A stretch of DNA of 33,135 bases, from positions 1 to 33,135 of the forward strand of contig CAKZRH010000082.1 in assembly GCA_937144695.1 (NCBI GenBank), given 5' to 3'. Position numbers and translations under genes: made by a program. This DNA comes from an uncultured euryarchaeote. GTDB taxonomy: Archaea; Thermoplasmatota; Poseidoniia; Poseidoniales; Thalassarchaeaceae. The stretch's first letter is position 1. The number at the start of each line of letters is the position of its first letter. This document shows positions 22,650 through 28,818 of the stretch, one piece after another. The notes beneath the pieces are model-generated. The model ran no database searches. It was not told the DNA's origin and was given only the letters and a program-made list of their open reading frames with translations.

Positions 22650-23627
22650 ATGATTAGACTGGGGAGAGGTCAAAGTGGGGCTCATCTAACACTTTTATTT
22701 TCAATTGAAGATAATTCTGAAGATCCTTTATTTCAAGGAAGTCTGGGGGTTGGAATTTGCTTGGAAGATGGAGTAGAAGCATTTGCAAAAGGAGAAGAAG
22801 GGGATTATAAACTAGAAGTTGATTTTGTTAAAGGAACAGGTGATTGGAGACTGTATGAAGAAGTTCTAAAGTGTTTGTCGGAAGAAATTCCAGAGGTTTT
22901 TGAGTTATCATGGGAATTAAAATTGAGATTAGAATTGCCGACTTCTCAGGGTTTTGGGATGTCTGCCTCTGGGGCGATTGCTGCTGCAGAGGCTTTTCAA
23001 AGAGCGATCGGAATTCCTTATGAAGAATGTAGAAGAAGAGCACTCCTAATTGCTCATCTAGTTGAAAGAAATAGATCAACTGGATTGGGTGATACTACTG
23101 CCCTTTCTGCTGGAGGGGTGGAGCGGAGGTTGAAAGCTGGATCTCCCTATAATGGAAAAAAATTGATTAATGGTCCTGGAATATCTGAGGGCTGGAGTGA
23201 AAAAATCCCTGTTCTACTAGTTTGGAAAGAGAGGACTGGAGCGCATACTGCAAGTTATATCGATAATAAAATTTGGAAAGAAAATATAAGTATTGCAGGG
23301 AAAGCACAAATGGATAAATTATCAGAAGGAAACTGGAATAGCGATCGGTGGGATGAAATTTTAGACTCTTCGCCGAAGTTTGTTGAAGATAGTAAGCTTC
23401 TTGATGACTTGAGTAGGAATGAATTAAGAGAAATTATCAATAATTGCTTGATTTCTATGGAAATTGAGGATAAGTTTGTCCCTCTGTTATGTATGCTCGG
23501 GGAGAGTATAGTAATTGTTCCTAGAGATTTATCTTCAATTAATGATGAAATTGAATTAATTTCGGAGAAATTGCAAGACTTAGGAGTTTTAACCTCATTA
23601 AGTGGAATAGGAGAAATTAGAAATTAA
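22650..23627 (+). CDS. GHMP-superfamily kinase, pantoate kinase-like (archaeal COG1829-type)
   Basis: The ORF opens at 22593, and ATG 22650 (MIRLGRGQSGAHLTLLFSI...) follows the rpoD stop by 31 nt. It has the GHMP phosphate-binding motif PTSQGFGMSASGAIAAAEAF, followed by STGLGDTTALSAGGVERR as in archaeal pantoate kinases, as I recall them. The substrate assignment is tentative. Confidence 0.5.
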   Translation: MIRLGRGQSGAHLTLLFSIEDNSEDPLFQGSLGVGICLEDGVEAFAKGEEGDYKLEVDFVKGTGDWRLYEEVLKCLSEEIPEVFELSWELKLRLELPTSQGFGMSASGAIAAAEAFQRAIGIPYEECRRRALLIAHLVERNRSTGLGDTTALSAGGVERRLKAGSPYNGKKLINGPGISEGWSEKIPVLLVWKERTGAHTASYIDNKIWKENISIAGKAQMDKLSEGNWNSDRWDEILDSSPKFVEDSKLLDDLSRNELREIINNCLISMEIEDKFVPLLCMLGESIVIVPRDLSSINDEIELISEKLQDLGVLTSLSGIGEIRN

Positions 23628-24673
23628 TCCAATCCCCTTATTTTTTCATGGAACTTTTCTAATTCTGATAAATCTAGAGGATTAGAGTCTAGTAATATTG
23701 CACCTTTAAGTCTCAAACTTCTACAAAAACCGTGCCTGTAAACTATTGCTCCATGACCATATTCAGCAACATATCTATCAACCTGTTTTTGTGTTTTTTT
23801 TCTGGGAAATTTTAAGTCTGCTCCAAAATAGTGTTTTGCATCAATCCAAGCGCAAGGAATCCCATTTATTCTTAAATCATCCAAAAAAAGTAAATCTGGA
23901 GTTAAGATTGCCCGTCCCTCATCTCTACTCTGCTCTTCCCATAATTCTTCTTGTCGTCTAAATCTCACTCCAATGGATTCAAAATACATGAAAAGAGCTT
24001 CTTCAAAAATTCCTGCGGCATTTTGTGTTTCCGTCTGGTTAACGGCACTAACTCTATCCATATCCTCTGCTTTTTCAAACTCTTCTAAATCTCTTTGATT
24101 TAGTCTAGAAGGGGACTTTAAAGATTCTTTAATTTTATTTTTTGACCAGCCTCTTCCAGTCAAAATAGCTCTAAATGTGTTTACTGGAGGTGTATCAAAT
24201 CTTTGAGAAAGGGATATGACACTCTCGCCAGAATTATATCTTCTGTTAAGTTCATTAGATCTTCTCATTAATCTATGGTGTGAATAAACACTCTTCTCTT
24301 GATTTAATGCCCCCCTGAGAGAAAGTGCTTGCTCTAGCGAAATAGGGAAATTTTCAATTTCTTCAGCAATTTCTTGAACTCTATCTTCAGGAAGAAAGCC
24401 AAATTCTCCTGGCCTACAGACAATCTCTCCTACCTTTTTTTGGATAGTTTTTGGTACCGAATTAGTATTCCAATCAATATTTATCTCTGCAGGAGGAGGT
24501 GAAATTTTAGAAGGAATTCCCATAGGAAGTGGATTTAAACTAAATCTGGAAATGGCCCTTTCAATTGACTTATTATTAGCTTTATCTTCAGACTTAGTAT
24601 CATTTTGATTCTCAAAACGTCTACTTTTTCGACGATTTCGAATCCTTTTAGAATTCTTGCGTTGACTCAACAA
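23624..24673 (-). CDS. TPD-motif protein with a PD-(D/E)XK nuclease fold, CDIN1/C15orf41-like, carrying a basic N-terminal tail
   Basis: The C-terminal AILTPDLLFLDDLRINGIPCAWIDAKHYFGADL...YVAEYGHGAIVYRHGFCRSLRLKGAILLD matches the CDIN1 signature as I recall it (TPDFLL...G..IHWIESKASFG...GPGLVIYWYGF...GILLL). The P-D ... (D/E)-x-K arrangement has an upstream acidic helix (GIFEEALFMYFE). The first codon at 24673 is TTG and the next ATG is at residue 51, so the start is uncertain. The N-terminus is RKNSKRIRNRRKSRRF. Confidence 0.7.
   Translation of the reverse strand: MLSQRKNSKRIRNRRKSRRFENQNDTKSEDKANNKSIERAISRFSLNPLPMGIPSKISPPPAEINIDWNTNSVPKTIQKKVGEIVCRPGEFGFLPEDRVQEIAEEIENFPISLEQALSLRGALNQEKSVYSHHRLMRRSNELNRRYNSGESVISLSQRFDTPPVNTFRAILTGRGWSKNKIKESLKSPSRLNQRDLEEFEKAEDMDRVSAVNQTETQNAAGIFEEALFMYFESIGVRFRRQEELWEEQSRDEGRAILTPDLLFLDDLRINGIPCAWIDAKHYFGADLKFPRKKTQKQVDRYVAEYGHGAIVYRHGFCRSLRLKGAILLDSNPLDLSELEKFHEKIRGLD
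23641..23646 (+). terminator. Candidate oligo-T terminator for the + strand block, lying inside the antisense of the last codons of the convergent gene
   Basis: A T6 tract (cttaTTTTTTcatgg) lies 14 nt after the stop at 23627, with a second cTTTTCt at 23655-23660. It is antisense to the ...FHEKIRGLD codons. Confidence 0.3.
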
Positions 24674-24706
24674 ATGCTTCGAAGTGAAGAGACTCCTTGA
24701 ACTATA

Positions 24707-27559
24707 CTAAGAAAGGAAGGAAATTCCGGGCTCTAGGGGGAATGCGGAGTTTGCTTTTCCTGCAACATCTTCTCCCTCTCCAACTCTGTATATTTCAATG
24801 GAATCTAGTTCTAATTCTGAACGAATAAATTCTGAGTTTTCCAAAAGAAATTGTTTTTCATCAAGATTAGAAATTAGACTTTTTTCAATTTTTGACCAGG
24901 TGAACACGCGGCCTCTTTTTTTCTTATTTCCTACAGTTAAACTCATCCATGTCTGCATTACTTCAGCTCTAAGTGAATTTTCTTCAAAAATCGGGAGAGA
25001 CTGAATATACGAGATTCCATTTTCTTTAAAATTAAAATCAGAAGTTACGAGTTCTAAGGCTTTACTTGCCAATTCATTTTTCCAATTTGGAGAGGTTTGT
25101 AAGACTAGTTTCGTTAATTTAGAATTTGATTTCCTCTCCGCCATCGTTCTTATGTTCCTACATGTAGCAATAACATCTCTGAGAAAGTTCTCCTTTGAGA
25201 TGACCTCTAAGTCATCATAATTTTCTGTAAGTATCTCTAAATTATATTGGGCTAGTAATCCATCTTGACCGATCAGTTGCCATAATTCTTCGGCAATATG
25301 TGGAGTGGCGGGAGCAAGCATAGAAATCCATCCCTTTAGAAAACTAATGGATGTCGAAAAATCGCATCCTCCTCTTCTAATGTACCAATTCCAATCTGAT
25401 AACATCTCAAAATGACTAATCATTACTCCTTCTCTAATATTTACATCATTCATCGAATCTTGCCATGATTGCATATTTAATCTAAGTCTAGCAAGTATCC
25501 AGTCATCTATTCTGCTAGGAGATTCTGAAAACGATATTGCAGATTTTATAGATTCAAAAATAGATTTTAATTGTTTATTATTTGCTTCAACTGAGCTATC
25601 AGACCAATCCATTCCAGCTTCTGGATTGGCACCAAATAGGATGAATAATCTTACTGTATCGGCTCCATATCTAGAAATCATCTTTTCTGGACTAACAGTA
25701 TTTCCCAGAGATTTACTCATTTTTGCAGATCTAGAAGATAGTTTCTTTGAACATGAGGGACAGTCTTTTCCAAAATAATCGATATGGTATTCAGCATTAC
25801 AATCTAAGCAATAAGGTGCGGGAGCATTGAGCATACCCTGACAGACTAACCTACCGAATGGCTCACCTACAGTGTTCATATTTACATCTCTAGTGAATTT
25901 TGTAAAAAATCTGGCATAGAGAAGATGCATGACAGCATGTTCAATCCCTCCAATGTATAGATCAACACCTCCTTTCATCCAATAGTCTACAGCTTCTCTA
26001 TCAAATGGATAAGAGTTATTTTTTGCATCGCAGAATCTCATAAAGTACCATGAAGAATCGTAGAAGGTATCCATAGTATCAGTTTCCCTGTTTGCTTCTG
26101 AACCACATCTTGGACAAACAGCTTTAGTAAATGATTCATGAGTTTCGAGTGGATTTCCCTTTTGATCTTCAGAGAAGATAACATCTAGAGGAAGTTCGAC
26201 AGGTAAGTCTTCTCTATTGACGGGAATCACTCCACATGTATGGCAGTGAATCATAGGAATTGGCGTTCCCCAAAATCTCTGTCTACTAAGTAACCAATCC
26301 TTCAATCTATATTCTATCTTTCCAAAACCAGTTTTTCTTGAGTGTAATGTATCAATTACAGCCTTTTTTGCTTCTTCACCTTTCAAACCATCAAATTTAG
26401 GTGTTGAATTCACCATAGGACCATATCCTTCGAAAGCTCTTGAAATGGGAGAATCTGGATTATCTCCCTCATTCTCAACAAGTACTCTTCTTATTTCTAA
26501 GTCATATTTTTTAGCAAATTCAAAATCTCTCTGATCATGTCCAGGAACTGCCATTACAGCACCAGTACCGTAAGAAGCAACTACAAAATTTCCGGCATAT
26601 ATCGGAATTTTTTCATTGTTCATAGGATTAATTGCAAATCTCCCAAGAAAAACACCATTTTTCTCTTTGAGTAAATTAATTCTTTCGAATTCGGACATCC
26701 TAGCACATTCATCTCTGAGTTTTAACCATCCTTCATGCCATTTAGTACCCGAACATAATTCCTCACATAGTGGATGTTCGGGAGATAAAGTAACGAATGT
26801 AGCTCCAAAAATTGTATCAGGACGTGTTGTGAAAACTTGAATTTTAGAATTTGATTCTGCTATAGAAAATTCTATTTCAGCTCCGTGTGACCTACCAATC
26901 CAATTCCTTTGCATTGTTTTGACGTTTTCTGGGAAAGATATTTGATCTAACTCATCCAGTAATTCATCAGAATATTCAGTCATCCGTAAAAACCACTGAG
27001 CCATATCCTTCTGAACAACTTCTAGACCACATCTCCAGCATCTATTATTCTTGACTTGTTCGTTTGCTAATACTGTATCACAATCATTACACCAGTTTAC
27101 TGGAGCAGCTCTCCTTTCTACTAGTCCTTTTTCATTTAGAGTTAGGAACATATCTTGATTCCATCTATAATAGTCTACATCTGAAGTAGCTAGGTATCGA
27201 TTCCAGTCATAGGAAAATCCCATTCTTTCTTGGTCTGATCGGATACTCCTTATATTGCTCTTAGTAACTTCATGTGGATGATCTCCTAATCTTTTCGCCG
27301 CATTCTCAGCTGGCATTCCAAAAGAATCGTATCCCATTGGATAAAGTACATTCTTTCCCATTAGACGTTGGAATCTAGCCATTGCATCCCCAATTGAATA
27401 ATTTCTGACATGTCCCATGTGCATATTTCCTGATGGATATGGAAACATCTCTAGGCAGTAGAATTTCTCTTTAGAATAATCTATCTTAGCTTCGAAAACT
27501 CGGGCATCCTTCCAAGCTAATTGCCAGTGAGATTCTATTTTATGTGGCTCGTATGACAT
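24707..27559 (-). CDS. leuS: Leucine--tRNA ligase, bacterial-type architecture
   Basis: 950 aa with the HIGH motif ([11 protein letters not shown]) and KMSKS. The CP1 editing-domain box [13 protein letters not shown] lies after the CNDC...CWRC zinc motif. The protein is strongly colinear with E. coli LeuRS ([81 protein letters not shown]). Confidence 0.95.
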   Translation of the reverse strand: [950 protein letters not shown]

Positions 27560-27632
27560 TTACTCAGACTTACGGGCTCATAGGGTTTGTATATGCATTA
27601 CTACTTTCATCGATTGCCAGTTCGGAGTTGAT

Positions 27633-28337
27633 ATGTTGAATGAGGGGGAGTTTCATTGTTCAGTTTTTGACGATGGAGTAGAAGTATGGATAACTCAATT
27701 AGGTGAATTAATGAATATGAATACAGCATTCATAGACCGTACTAACAAAATTGTGGCAATTATTGATCCATTTGATGCGGATAGCTGGATTTCTAGATTA
27801 GACAAGGATGGACTTGTACCCACTCACTTACTATACACACATACTCACAGAGACCATGTAGCAGGATATCCTGAAATGATTCAAAGATTTCCAAATCTAG
27901 AAGTTTGGGGGCATGAGCATGCTAAAGTTCCTGATTTGATTGATCATTTTGTATTTAGTAAGGTTGAATTCACAGATACATGGGACTGTGACGCTGGAGA
28001 AACTGTTCAATGGGAATGTGGATTAATCAAACTCGGCATTACTCATTCACCTGGACATGCTCCAGGTCATGTAACTATTCATGGGCATGGAGTCTATCAT
28101 GCAGGTGATTTATTGTTTGTTAGAAGTGCTGGAAGAGTTGATTTGCCAGGAGGGGACCCTCAGGCTCAACAGATGAGTTTGATTAGAGCCAAAGAAATAC
28201 TATCTTCTCTACCAGAGGAATGGAGGTTAATTCCTGGACATAAATATGATACAGTTGGAGACCGAATACCAGATTGGATAAGTATTGGAGAAGTACTAAC
28301 CTACAATTATTTTTTAGCCAATATAACAATCAGATAA
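27633..28337 (+). CDS. MBL-fold metallo-hydrolase (glyoxalase II / hydroxyacylglutathione hydrolase-like)
   Basis: ATG at 27633 with GGAG 5 nt upstream. It has the HxHxDH motif (THTHRDHVAG), and the later H/D ligands are present (HSPGHAPGH, HAGDLLF, IPGHK). Confidence 0.85.
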   Translation: MLNEGEFHCSVFDDGVEVWITQLGELMNMNTAFIDRTNKIVAIIDPFDADSWISRLDKDGLVPTHLLYTHTHRDHVAGYPEMIQRFPNLEVWGHEHAKVPDLIDHFVFSKVEFTDTWDCDAGETVQWECGLIKLGITHSPGHAPGHVTIHGHGVYHAGDLLFVRSAGRVDLPGGDPQAQQMSLIRAKEILSSLPEEWRLIPGHKYDTVGDRIPDWISIGEVLTYNYFLANITIR

Positions 28338-28340
28338 TAG

Positions 28341-28814
28341 TTACTTTTTCAACAGTCTACGTAATATCGTAGTTTCTTTATCAAGAGTTTGCGAAGGCTC
28401 TTCTCTGACTGTCTTTAACGCGTTTATTGGAATCCACTCATCGGGAATTAATTTCCAAGGAGTCACTCTAGCAGTAATTCCAAGTAAAATTTGACTGCCG
28501 GGAATCATAAAAACTCTGAGTGGAGGAATTAGGATACTTAATTTCGCTAAATTTTCGCGTGCTTCCTGTTTTTCCGATTTTGATATTTTTCTTCCGATAA
28601 GTATGTGTGCTAGAATCTTCGAAGTGGATGCAAAATTCTCTGCTTCTATTTTAGATGAGTCCCAAGCCTTTTCAATAGCTAATCCCCAACTTTTTGGATC
28701 ATTAGCGATTTCCAAAAATTCGGATTTAGATTTCTCGGGCAATTCTGAATAATTTCTAGAAAAATTTCTAATTAATGATCTTATTTTTACTAGTAGTTTT
28801 GATAATCTTATCAT
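28341..28814 (-). CDS. Small LETM1-like protein
   Basis: 157 aa with ATG at 28814, 4 nt after the aceE stop. ILAHILIGRKISKSEKQEARENLAKLSILIPPLRVFMIPGSQILLGITARVTPWKLIPDEW parallels human LETM1 [60 protein letters not shown], from memory. The ORF is solid, but the family call needs an HMM check. Confidence 0.6.
   Translation of the reverse strand: MIRLSKLLVKIRSLIRNFSRNYSELPEKSKSEFLEIANDPKSWGLAIEKAWDSSKIEAENFASTSKILAHILIGRKISKSEKQEARENLAKLSILIPPLRVFMIPGSQILLGITARVTPWKLIPDEWIPINALKTVREEPSQTLDKETTILRRLLKK
28345..28349 (+). terminator. Candidate oligo-T terminator for the MBL gene, inside the antisense of the last codons of the convergent gene
   Basis: A T5 tract (tacTTTTTc) lies 8 nt after the stop at 28337. 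It is antisense to the LLKK codons. Confidence 0.25.
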
Positions 28815-28818
28815 CCTA

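Noticed and set aside
24674-24709. The leuS TAG stop is in the same frame as the downstream TPD-nuclease ORF, 11 sense codons away. This raises the idea of stop-codon readthrough or a LeuRS-nuclease fusion.
   Set aside because: Same-frame placement has a 1-in-3 chance expectation. LeuRS appears complete at its C-terminus. Nothing here indicates TAG recoding (no Pyl-type context that I can see), so the two are treated as separate genes.
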